Assembly: GCA_965248055.1 (NCBI GenBank)
Contig: CBDFIJ010000004.1
Location: 1,376,001 to 1,440,000, forward strand
Length of the DNA stretch: 64,000 nucleotides
From: Candidatus Multivoradales bacterium
Lineage (GTDB): Bacteria > Acidobacteriota > Thermoanaerobaculia > Multivoradales > JAHEKO01
Reading direction: 5' to 3'
Every line of letters starts with the position of its first letter. Positions within the stretch are counted from its first letter, which is position 1. Below the pieces are notes generated by a model. That model saw only the letters and a list, made by a program, of their open reading frames with translations, was not told where the DNA came from and ran no database searches. Of this stretch, positions 39,201 to 47,818 are shown in pieces. Position numbers and translations under genes: made by a program.

Positions 39201-39784
39201 TGAATTTCCTCTTCCAAGCCACCGCGCACGCGGGCAGCGGCAACTCCGGGAATCTTTTCCAGATCGCGTTTCACCCGGAGGTCGGCCAAGCGGCGTACCC
39301 GACGCAATCCTTCCTCACCAGAATAGCGATCCCCGGCTCCTGAAAGACTGAGCTCCATGACCGGGTCTAGCGATGGGTCAAAGCGCAAGATGAGAGGACG
39401 TCGAGCCCGTTCCGGCATCAGAATGAGGTCCAGCTTCTCAAGAGAATCCTGAACTGCGTCGGTCATTTTGGTGTCCCAGGTGAACTCCATAATGACGTCA
39501 GAAACGCCGGCACGAGAAACGCTGGAAATGCGCCGCAGCCCGGAGACCACTCCCAGCGCCTCCTCCACTGGGCGGCTGACATCGTTCTCGACTTCTTCGG
39601 GAGCAGCACCGGGATACTCGGTACGCACGGTTAGAGTCGGATAGGACAGCTCCGGCATCAAGGTCACCGGCAGGCGCTTGAGCGAAAACAGCCCAAATAC
39701 CAGCGCGGCAACGAACACCATGGTGATCGCCACTGGGCGACGGGTAGTAAAACTACTCGCCAGTCTGGATGCAGAAGCGCTCAT
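36206..39784 (-). CDS. RND efflux permease (second subunit)
   Basis: GMLVDSSIVVLE, GIVVNNAIVLVD, RLRPILMT. Confidence 0.95.
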   Translation of the reverse strand: MSASASRLASSFTTRRPVAITMVFVAALVFGLFSLKRLPVTLMPELSYPTLTVRTEYPGAAPEEVENDVSRPVEEALGVVSGLRRISSVSRAGVSDVIMEFTWDTKMTDAVQDSLEKLDLILMPERARRPLILRFDPSLDPVMELSLSGAGDRYSGEEGLRRVRRLADLRVKRDLEKIPGVAAARVRGGLEEEIHVLLEEEKLQRSRISIQQVIDRLAQENINLAGGTITEGRTEYMVRTLNEFLDLGQIEDTVVTRSEGRQVRVRDLGEVRRAHKEREIVTRTDRAESVQIDVYKEADANIVALAKRVKAALGEFDIDKAKERAAKAKEESQQAEVKDGAKDGKGRGGRGKGGRGGRGRGPQLAGGGGLIGTLFQEEGLEIGLVADRSVFIENSINEVRNTAVMGGLLAVLVLLFFLKDIRTTLIIALSIPISLIVTFAPLNLFGVSLNIMSLGGLALGVGMLVDSSIVVLESIFRCREEGDGIEASAVRGTAEVRGAVTASTLTTIAVFFPMVFVEGVAGQAFGDLGIAVVVSLLAALIVALTLIPMLASREGVQWGDSGEERNWLRFASLGVFLKDYQAYFLKQRGTLGTIFKWLAMPFVVVYFVLRLVIGLLLEVIAKLILGVIFVLTLLARLTSKGIGWIGRRLKGVGGFVDRSMDATRTGYRRRLSKALAAPGSIMTVVVASLLLTGFLATRLDTELLPEVRQGEFTVEVTLPVGTPLEQTDLAVAPVEQAIMAEKEHIKSLLLTVGYDAANSNRSDEGEHTARFKVLLDSSDPRVENQVLARLRERFDRIPDLEAQVVRPVLFSFKAPVEVEVHGDDLVSLRRQAELARQNLASMPELTDIEVSLRRGAPEVQVVYNRDLLARYGLNPQQVATLVRNQVQGFEATRFNLKDRRIPILVRLRMEDRETVQDVETMIVNPDGDRPIPLSAVAAVSLAEGPSEVRRIDGRRVALVTANTAQGVSLGAAVESIRSRLDAMEWRPGSTFLIAGQSEEWERSRNSLFLALALSIFLVYVIMAGQFESLIHPLVILISIPFAFLGTVVALKLLGISLSIVVFLGMIMLAGIVVNNAIVLVDYINQLRTRGLPVEEAVLEACSVRLRPILMTTATTCLGLLPMALGAGDGAELRTPMAIAVISGLLVSTFLTLVVIPVVYLMMDRLKERFAGRRASQSQSAEDESIDGIAEPA

Positions 39785-40990
39785 TTAGGCCTCAGACTCG
39801 TCGACGTCTGCGGCGTTCTCAGGCTTGAGGCCCAGGATCTCGACTTCACTGCCGTCTTTCAAACCAGCTTGACCAGCAATAACGACCTGGTCTCCAGCCT
39901 CAATTCCATTCAATGGCTCGATGAACTCGCGGTCCTCAAGCACCGGGGTGAGGAGCAAACGTTCCACCTTGTTTTCGTCAACGATGCGATAGAGAAACAC
40001 TTGGTCAGCGTCATAGATCAGGGCCTTTTTGGGAATCAGTACCGCGTCTTCCCGGGTCTGGGTGACCAGATCGACCGAAACATACATCCCCGGTAGCAAT
40101 TCAGCGCTGCGCGGGACATCGACGGTCACTTTGACGGTTCCGCTGCGCGGATCGACCACCGGGGCAATACGCTCAATGGCGCCAGTACGGATAGCTCCAC
40201 CGCGAGCGTCGGCGATAATACGGGCTTCTTGCCCTACCAGTATCCGCGCCAGTTCTTTCTCCGGCACATAGACCCGAGCAACGATCGAGTCAAAATCAAC
40301 GATCTCGAACAGGTCCTGGCTGACGGACACATGGTCACCCATATTGACGTTGCGCACAGTCACGGTGCCGGAAATCGGTGCTTTGACGGCTGTATAGGAC
40401 AACTCCCGCTGGGCATCGCGATAGGCCAACTCTTGTTGCTCCAACTCGTAGGTCGCCTCACTAAAAACTTGGTCTGAGATCAACTTCTGTTGATACAACC
40501 GCTCTTGGCGCTTGAACTCAATCCGCGCTTTCTCCAACTGGCTATCGGATCTGGCTAAGGCCGTGCGCTGTTGGTCGTCTTGCAGGCGCAGCAACACCTG
40601 GCCGCGACTCACCTCGTCGCCCTCTTCGACCAGCAACTGACGCACGCGTCGGGCGGCCTCAGAAAACACCGTCACCGAGCTCTCCGCTTCGAGATTGGTG
40701 GTATATCGCAACACCGACTCGATCGGCCCGCGCCCAATAGCGACGACCTCGACCGGCACTCCCTTGTTTTCTTCTTCCTCTTCGCCGTCGCCCTTGCTGC
40801 CACGTTTATTAGCCTTTTTGCCTTTTTCGCTATCGCTCGATTCAGCGTCTTCACCGGATTCCGCAACCGCGGTTTTGTCTTCAGAATTGGCTTCTTCGCC
40901 TCCCGATTTGGAACACGCGACTGCCCCTACCAGCAACATTACGGCGAGCCAAAGTGCGGCTCTTTCTCTCCACCAATGTGTATTCGTCAT
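39785..40990 (-). CDS. RND membrane fusion (periplasmic adaptor) lipoprotein
   Basis: Lipobox AVAC; VEEGDEV, KAPISGTV, PVVDPRSGT, LLPGMYV. Confidence 0.93.
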   Translation of the reverse strand: MTNTHWWRERAALWLAVMLLVGAVACSKSGGEEANSEDKTAVAESGEDAESSDSEKGKKANKRGSKGDGEEEEENKGVPVEVVAIGRGPIESVLRYTTNLEAESSVTVFSEAARRVRQLLVEEGDEVSRGQVLLRLQDDQQRTALARSDSQLEKARIEFKRQERLYQQKLISDQVFSEATYELEQQELAYRDAQRELSYTAVKAPISGTVTVRNVNMGDHVSVSQDLFEIVDFDSIVARVYVPEKELARILVGQEARIIADARGGAIRTGAIERIAPVVDPRSGTVKVTVDVPRSAELLPGMYVSVDLVTQTREDAVLIPKKALIYDADQVFLYRIVDENKVERLLLTPVLEDREFIEPLNGIEAGDQVVIAGQAGLKDGSEVEILGLKPENAADVDESEA

Positions 40991-41198
40991 TTTTGCCCTT
41001 TTTTCCGGAGTCCTTTTCCCGAGGAACCCTTTTTCTTAGAAGCCCTTTTTTGTCAACAGCTCAAGCGCCTCGTAACCTGTCAAGAACTACGTTGCGCCCC
41101 CCGGTTTGTTTCACGGTTGGATTGTTTTGAAGTGTTTATTTTGATTTGCACACCAACCGGTTCACAGGTCGGCCGGGCGCGAGCCCGGGGACTACCGA

Positions 41199-41423
41199 CT
41201 AACTCGGGGCAGGAGGGTCATCCTCGGTCTCCATCCGCTCGACGACCTGCCGGACTTCGAGTTCCGCGCGGCGAAGCTTGCTGCGCGCGGATTCCAAAAG
41301 TTTGGTGGCACGCTGAAGCTCTTGAGCCAAAGTGTCGATATCGATTCGCTCGTCTTCAATCCCCGACAAAATTGCTTCCAATTCCACCATGGCCTCACTA
41401 AACGTCTTCTCGTTATCGCCCAT
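41199..41423 (-). CDS. xseB: Exodeoxyribonuclease VII small subunit
   Basis: TFSEAMVELEAIL..IDIDTL..KLRRAELEV; follows xseA. Confidence 0.9.
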   Translation of the reverse strand: MGDNEKTFSEAMVELEAILSGIEDERIDIDTLAQELQRATKLLESARSKLRRAELEVRQVVERMETEDDPPAPS

Positions 41424-42798
41424 CGTCATTCTCCATGCTGTCAATTGTTGACCTCAACGCGCCCTCCGCCAATTTGGTCAAAACAGTATCGCCAACAGTC
41501 ACATCCTTGGTGGATCGAACCACCCGACCCGCGGAATCGCGAGTGATACTGAATCCTCGGATCAGTAGTCGCTCTGGTGCAAGCTCCGAGGCCAGACGAG
41601 CATAGCTCGTCAATTGTCGGTGCGCGGCCCTGGTGCGTAGTTGAGCTTGACTGACGATTCGTTGCTCGACCACAGACGCCAGCGAAACACCAGCATCAAC
41701 GCGCCTCATGCTGGCCGCCGGAACGCGTCCGACGATCTGTTGGAGGCGGTAGTGCTCCATCGATATTCGATGCTCCGAGGTTGAGCGTAAACGACCTGCG
41801 ATGCGCTGCAAGCTGCTCTCGGCTCCGGTAATCCGTTGTAAGCCACGAGAGATGCGGAAACCCTGTCGTGATAGCAGTCTGGCTTCGGTGTTAATTCTCT
41901 TGCTAGCGATGGTGCTGATTCTGACAGCGAGGCTGCGCACTTGAACCGCTCGCTCATTCATTTGCTCGACCAAGAAAGATGCCGCCCGAGTCGGGGTCTT
42001 CAAGCTGGTGTTGGCAACCCGGTCGCTAACCGAAAGGTCAATTTGATGCCCTAAGCCAACCAACACCGGTTTGCTACAGCCAGCGATCGCAGCAGCCACC
42101 GGCAGGGTGTCGAAGGCGTACAGATCGCTCTTGGCTCCACCGCCGCGGACCACCACCACCACATCCGCGTCGGTACCCGCAGCCAAACCAATCGCTTGTT
42201 CAATCGAAGCCGGGGCATGCTCACCTTGAACCACCGCATCGAAGCGGGCAATTTGAAATCCCCAACCACTTTCCGCCAGGGTCGCGAGGAAGTCGTGATA
42301 GCCCGCGCTCTCAACCGAGGCCACCAGTGCGACCTTGAGCGGAACCTCGGGCAACGCCAATTCTCGGTTCTGGTCGATTAACCCCTGTGCCGCCAAGTCA
42401 TGCAGCGTCTGACGCCGCAGTTGTTCCACTTTGCCGAGACTGAAGCTGGGGTCGACTTGGCGAATAATGAACTGAAGACGTCCTTGCGGCGGATATAAGT
42501 CGAGGCGACCCAAGACCCGCAGTTCCGCGTTCTCTGATAACTCAACGCCGACGCTGGCCAGTTGGCGCTCGATACGCGCCAAGTCGCCGCGCCAAATTAC
42601 GCCATCCAAGCGACCCTCAAGATGATCGCTGTCGCCCTTGTCGATGAGTTCGAAATAGAGATGACCGGCCCGGCTGCGGTGAATTCTTTGGACCTCACCG
42701 CGGACCCACACAGAGGGGAATGCTTCGCCGACAAAAAGCTTGATCTCCGCACACAGGTCGGAAACCCGATAGGTCTCCTCGTCGAAAGGGCGTTGCAC
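41413..42798 (-). CDS. xseA: Exodeoxyribonuclease VII large subunit
   Basis: VWVRGEV..GHLYF OB fold; VRGGG..DL; GLGHQID; TPT; RGFSI. Confidence 0.93.
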   Translation of the reverse strand: MQRPFDEETYRVSDLCAEIKLFVGEAFPSVWVRGEVQRIHRSRAGHLYFELIDKGDSDHLEGRLDGVIWRGDLARIERQLASVGVELSENAELRVLGRLDLYPPQGRLQFIIRQVDPSFSLGKVEQLRRQTLHDLAAQGLIDQNRELALPEVPLKVALVASVESAGYHDFLATLAESGWGFQIARFDAVVQGEHAPASIEQAIGLAAGTDADVVVVVRGGGAKSDLYAFDTLPVAAAIAGCSKPVLVGLGHQIDLSVSDRVANTSLKTPTRAASFLVEQMNERAVQVRSLAVRISTIASKRINTEARLLSRQGFRISRGLQRITGAESSLQRIAGRLRSTSEHRISMEHYRLQQIVGRVPAASMRRVDAGVSLASVVEQRIVSQAQLRTRAAHRQLTSYARLASELAPERLLIRGFSITRDSAGRVVRSTKDVTVGDTVLTKLAEGALRSTIDSMENDDGR

Positions 42799-43338
42799 CT
42801 AAAACGTATTGAGTTCGCTGGCGTCTTCCAGGGGTATTGATTCAGCCCAGGCGACCGAACTCGGATTACCCAAGGTGTAGCGTTTGATGAACTCTTCAGC
42901 ATCTTTGCGGCGCTTGAACATACGCCAAACAAAGGTATGCCCCGCCGGTGCGGTGAAGTAGGTGTAGTCACGACCGCCTTCAGAAAGGTCAAACCCCAGA
43001 TTGGAATCGCCATTGACGCCAACGCAAGCCATGGCGATCGAACGATAGGCCAGAGCCAGTGCTTTGATCGCTTCTTCCAGCTCGCCGAGCTCTTCGCGCG
43101 ATTGCTGAGTATGAAGAAGCGCAATATGATTTGGGTCTTGTTCCGCCAGCAAGGTATAGGGAACATGCTGATGATCCATCGCGTCGCGGGAATCAGCCGT
43201 GGTGACAAAAACCGACTCGGTGCCGTCAACCTTGTAGGTGATCGCCAAAGATTCCTGCGGCAACTCGGTAAAGACCTCGCGTAGAATCGAATCGTCCTCG
43301 ATGGTGAAATAAAAAAGTCGTCGTTGGCGTCTACTCAT
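42799..43338 (-). CDS. Hypothetical protein
   Basis: 179-aa ORF abutting xseA. Confidence 0.7.
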   Translation of the reverse strand: MSRRQRRLFYFTIEDDSILREVFTELPQESLAITYKVDGTESVFVTTADSRDAMDHQHVPYTLLAEQDPNHIALLHTQQSREELGELEEAIKALALAYRSIAMACVGVNGDSNLGFDLSEGGRDYTYFTAPAGHTFVWRMFKRRKDAEEFIKRYTLGNPSSVAWAESIPLEDASELNTF

Positions 43339-43512
43339 AGTGTGCTCTCAAGAGGTGGTAATACCTCAATTGTTTGATGGTTCAGTCGTTCGATGTCTAC
43401 CCACCTTGGCGTCGGGTGAGTGGATCCACAATCCGCTCATCTGCCGTGTTCTTGCGCTGTTTGCAAGAACGGCAACATGCCCGGACTGGTATTTTACCCC
43501 CAGCGTCAACCC

Positions 43513-44211
43513 CTACGGTAATGGGCTTTGAATGCTTGAGCCCGCCCCGGTCACACTCAAGTATTCCCGAAGACGGACACCTTCCTCTGCGGTCATCTGT
43601 TCCAAGGTCAAAGTGGTCGAGGATCCGGGCTCCGGAAGGGGCACAATCGCGGTGGTGAACACCCGTTCCAACAGACTGCAATCGACGCCAAAGATCGACA
43701 AGGCGATGTTGCAGACACCAAATAGTTGTTGTCCCAACCCGCTTTCAATGCGCAAACTCACCGTCTTCGGTAGCCATACCGTAACCACCCGAACTTCGCC
43801 ATCGGGAAGAAAAAAGAAGCGCAGTTTACCTTCCACTTCCACCTCTTGTTCAGGAATCACCACATGATCGCCCAAGTTCCCAGCCGAGCCCAGAGCGTCA
43901 ATCTTTGCCAACAGATCCCCTTGGCCTTCAAAACGCACCCGCGTCCGCGACTCGAAGACTCCGTCCTGCAACGGTCGCAGTCGCAACTGGTGCTCTAGAA
44001 TCGATAGTTGATGTTCCGGCGATGAAAGGGTCATGCTCACGGGTCCGTCCGATGACCACTCCACATCGACCCCCGAGCGATAATAAGTATCGTTCATCTT
44101 GCTGAAAGTAAATTCGCTCCATGACTCCTCAACGGAACCAATAGAGGGAGCCGAACCGATACCGACCCATAGACACAGGGCCATTAGCAGAGTCTTAGTT
44201 CTCATAGACAT
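43513..44211 (-). CDS. Secreted hypothetical protein
   Basis: Signal-peptide-like N-terminus; co-oriented with neighbours. Confidence 0.7.
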   Translation of the reverse strand: MSMRTKTLLMALCLWVGIGSAPSIGSVEESWSEFTFSKMNDTYYRSGVDVEWSSDGPVSMTLSSPEHQLSILEHQLRLRPLQDGVFESRTRVRFEGQGDLLAKIDALGSAGNLGDHVVIPEQEVEVEGKLRFFFLPDGEVRVVTVWLPKTVSLRIESGLGQQLFGVCNIALSIFGVDCSLLERVFTTAIVPLPEPGSSTTLTLEQMTAEEGVRLREYLSVTGAGSSIQSPLP

Positions 44212-44276
44212 AGAGAGAATTCTAACAGGCGATCGAACTCGACAAAGAAGGTGAAATCAAAGTCCCACGAGGCCGA

Positions 44277-47003
44277 CTAGTAGATGTACCCACCAATCGT
44301 ACGAGCGCGATGACCTCTCTTGCGTACTTTAACTTCAACCTCGTGGAAGGAGCCCAACTCTCCGGGCGGACTCGGAGCATACGCCAACAAAACCTGGTTT
44401 CTCAGTTCTTCCGCAATACTCTCGTAAACCCCTTCCAACTCCTTAGCTTTGGAGATCTCGAACGCCAAACCGCCAGTCTTCTCCGCCAACTGCGCCAGTT
44501 GCCTTCGGAAAGAACCTTTTGCGATCGCCAAGCCAATGGTGTAAACCGAAGTACCACTCGCCTGCGCATAGCCCATCGCGGTTTCAAAATCGATCCGACT
44601 GGCTGTGTCCTCGCCGTCTGACAACAGGACCAACACTTTGCGGCCTTCAAATCCGCGAGCGAAAAACAAGCTGGTGACCAGGGCATCGTTGAGCGCCGTT
44701 CCTCCGTAGGAGATCAGGCTATTGAGGCTCTGACGCGCCAAGTCGAAGTCGTCGGTGGGTGGCGTCAATACCTTGGCCGTACCGGAGAAGGCGATGGTGA
44801 ACACCCGATCTTGAGGGCGAATCGCGCTGTCGAGAAATCCCAGCACCGCGCGTTTCGCCTCCGGTAGTGCATTCTTCATCGAGCTCGAGGTATCGATGGC
44901 AAAGCCAACCACCAACGGGGAATCACGAACTTCTTCAAACTTCTCCAGTTGCTGGAGATTTCCGTTGTCATAAACCTCAAAGTCTTCGGCAGCAAAACCC
45001 TGAGCAGGTCGACCCGAGGAATCGGTCACGGTGGTCAACAGCTCCACCAGCTTGACGTCCACCCTCTCCAGTAACTCCGGTGCATTGAGGAATCGCACGT
45101 CCTCCACCCGGGCGCCGGTGGTGAGGGTCGCCGTGGCGGCCAAGTAGGCGACCACGCCCTTCGCAGGTGCGGTGAAGTAGGTCTCCCAGGGAGGTGCCGT
45201 CAAAGTGGCAATGGTCTGGTCGTCGAGGGCGAACTCCAGCCGATCGATCCGTCGTTCCGGCGGCAAGGTGACCTCCACTCGAACCGTTGCGACCCCTGGT
45301 GTAATTTCTTGATTGGGTCGCGGATCGACGATCTTGACTGAGAAAACACCGCGCGGCTGATTGATCACCAGTTCGTCAGAGGCCACAACAACGCCGTCCG
45401 CATCCAATGCTTCGGCTCGAACTCGCTGCTGGCGTGGGATATCCGCCAGCCGCAGCTCGGCGGCGAAGGGCGGCTTAGTGCGGGTCAATTGCGGCTTGTC
45501 ATCGACTGAAAAGACCACCTTGGCGACCGGTCCGACAACAACCGCTTCGGTATCAAAAACCCCAAACAAAACATCTTCGACCGGTGGCACCAGATAGAGA
45601 ATCGTGCGACTCAATGCCTTCTCTCGCATCACGTGTTCTAGCCCGGTCTCCGCCTGCAATCCGCTATCCCCGATCCCCTTCGGGGGCTTGACCGGCAGCC
45701 GTGGAACCTCGAAGGACTGCTCCAGGTACACCTTGCGACCACTGGTGGGATCGGTGACCCGGAGCCTGGCAGTCAACTCAGTACCGGGGCGTAGCGCCTC
45801 CGAAAAGGCAACGTGAATTCCTTCTTCTGGGTCTTCGAGTTCATCCAGCGGTAAGCGGAAGCGTAGTCGGAAGCGATCGAATGCCTCCTCACCCTGCTCC
45901 AAGATTCCTTCGACCACCAGCCTAAGTTCAGGATCGATGGCGCCCCGCTCTTCGCTAGATTCGAACTCACGAAATTCGGACATGGTGGCCGTTTGAGTCG
46001 AGGAATGGACTTCCCCGGTCCATGTACCGTCGACCGGAACTCGCTGAGGATCGCCATCGTCACTCGGTGCCTCGGCAGTGGGCTCGATCTGAGATAGATC
46101 GGTCGCATCGACGATGAATAGCGTCTCCATCCGCTGGCGGGTCAACTTGGGGAAAAATAGTTGAAACGAAACATCGCTCAGTGTCGTCGAGGACAGCGCC
46201 AAGGTCGGATCTTCGCCGCTATCCGGAAAGACCGTCGCAGTCCACGCCACCGGATCGCTGGGAGGTGCGACCATTGCCAAGATCTGTTGATCGGTGGGTC
46301 GCACTTTCCGGGGTTTGAATAAACCGTCGACCCCGGTAGCTTCATCAATTTGCTTCCAGGCTTCACAGGTACGCTTGTCAAAGCGCTTGCCCTTAATGAA
46401 CTGCTTGAACTCGTCCCACTGCTCCATGTAGTAGCGCATCTCGTAGGAGTAGAGCATCGGCTTGCCATCGGTCGGCAGCCACAGACGAAACGAACCCTCA
46501 TCCCCCTGGTAGAACACTAACGCGGCGTCATTCTCACCGTACTGCCAGATTTCCATCGACTTGAACACGAAGCCGCAGTCGACCTCCAGTGTGCTGGTCG
46601 GCTCGCCCCGGAGAAACACCACCTTGGAGCGATCGTCATTGGGGGTTAGATAGAGGTCCCGGTACAAGCGACGGCGTATCTCGACCGCCTTCTGCACCAC
46701 GTCAACAGCCAGCAATTCCTCGACCTTCGCTAGATAGGCTGCGTCATCCAGATCGGACGATTCGGCAATCAACCAGCCCGGCCCAGCGTCTAATGATCGA
46801 TCCAACGATTCAGCCGCGTTAGCGCGGGAAAACCCCAAGCTCAGCAACACGAGCGCCGCAATCATCACCAGCGCAAAGGACATCCGTTGTAGCGGCTGAG
46901 AAACAGAGGGAGACACCCTTGCTGCCGCACAGACTCGAGTTGTGGAATTCATTTCGATAGGCATCGTCTTACCCCGGAAAGCAATACGGGTGCCACGCGG
47001 CAA
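44277..47003 (-). CDS. Secreted VWA-domain protein with Ig-like domains (true start probably further downstream)
   Basis: MIDAS DTSSSM, GGTALNDA, LLSDGEDTAS, LAEKTGG; N-terminal DDRSKVVFLRGEP resembles GWxTD-type domains. Confidence 0.85.
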   Translation of the reverse strand: MPRGTRIAFRGKTMPIEMNSTTRVCAAARVSPSVSQPLQRMSFALVMIAALVLLSLGFSRANAAESLDRSLDAGPGWLIAESSDLDDAAYLAKVEELLAVDVVQKAVEIRRRLYRDLYLTPNDDRSKVVFLRGEPTSTLEVDCGFVFKSMEIWQYGENDAALVFYQGDEGSFRLWLPTDGKPMLYSYEMRYYMEQWDEFKQFIKGKRFDKRTCEAWKQIDEATGVDGLFKPRKVRPTDQQILAMVAPPSDPVAWTATVFPDSGEDPTLALSSTTLSDVSFQLFFPKLTRQRMETLFIVDATDLSQIEPTAEAPSDDGDPQRVPVDGTWTGEVHSSTQTATMSEFREFESSEERGAIDPELRLVVEGILEQGEEAFDRFRLRFRLPLDELEDPEEGIHVAFSEALRPGTELTARLRVTDPTSGRKVYLEQSFEVPRLPVKPPKGIGDSGLQAETGLEHVMREKALSRTILYLVPPVEDVLFGVFDTEAVVVGPVAKVVFSVDDKPQLTRTKPPFAAELRLADIPRQQRVRAEALDADGVVVASDELVINQPRGVFSVKIVDPRPNQEITPGVATVRVEVTLPPERRIDRLEFALDDQTIATLTAPPWETYFTAPAKGVVAYLAATATLTTGARVEDVRFLNAPELLERVDVKLVELLTTVTDSSGRPAQGFAAEDFEVYDNGNLQQLEKFEEVRDSPLVVGFAIDTSSSMKNALPEAKRAVLGFLDSAIRPQDRVFTIAFSGTAKVLTPPTDDFDLARQSLNSLISYGGTALNDALVTSLFFARGFEGRKVLVLLSDGEDTASRIDFETAMGYAQASGTSVYTIGLAIAKGSFRRQLAQLAEKTGGLAFEISKAKELEGVYESIAEELRNQVLLAYAPSPPGELGSFHEVEVKVRKRGHRARTIGGYIY

Positions 47004-47054
47004 AAGCCTCTGACAGGTGCTGTAGTCCGAGAATCAGCCTAATCGAGATTCGGT

Positions 47055-47483
47055 CTATTCGAGACTCGCCGAACGTCCCTCAAACTCTCCGATCGCCGTA
47101 CGCAACCCCGAGGGCAGTTCCATGGATCGACTTTCCTGGTAGTTGGCCCAGGCCACCACTCCGTCGCCTTCTGCCGCCAACTCCCCGGACCCCAGATCGA
47201 TAATTTGGTAGCCCATGACAAAACTACGGTTTCGGATTTCTTTCACCCGAGCTCGCACTTCGAGCTGCGCCGGATAGTGCAGTTGACGGCGGAAATTGCA
47301 ATTGGTTGCCACCAACGCCGGACCGGTGGTCGCGGTCAGGAAACGGTCGATCTCAATCGCTGCAAAATACCCCATGCGAGCACTCTCCATGAAAGTGAAG
47401 TACTTGGCGTTGTTGACATGGCCGATGGCGTCTTGGTCGCCCCAACGCAGGGTGATCGGTTCAGCGTGTGGATAGTGGGTCAT
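47055..47483 (-). CDS. Acyl-CoA thioesterase (4HBT/YbgC hot-dog family)
   Basis: RWGDQDAIGHVNNAKYFTFMESAR. Confidence 0.92.
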   Translation of the reverse strand: MTHYPHAEPITLRWGDQDAIGHVNNAKYFTFMESARMGYFAAIEIDRFLTATTGPALVATNCNFRRQLHYPAQLEVRARVKEIRNRSFVMGYQIIDLGSGELAAEGDGVVAWANYQESRSMELPSGLRTAIGEFEGRSASLE

Positions 47484-47818
47484 TGCCGGAGTCTATGTCG
47501 CTGACCGGTCTTTGCTCGCATGGAAGACGCCAAACAACGTCGTAGTAGGGGCCGGAGCGATCGATACTGCTAGGGCGACCACTGACGTTGCGCCACGACG
47601 GTGATCTATTGCTTTTTTCTCCGGCAGCAACAGGCAAGGTGACACTCGGATGTCTGTCGATACACCCAGCACCATATTGCAACCGTTTGCTCGATTCACA
47701 TCATCCAGACAGCACAACCGTATGTTATTGTCCCCGATGACAACCGGATATTGGGCTACTTGTAGTGTGCCGCGCAACCTGGATGCGGTGATCACAAGGG
47801 CGCCAGGAGGCTCCTACG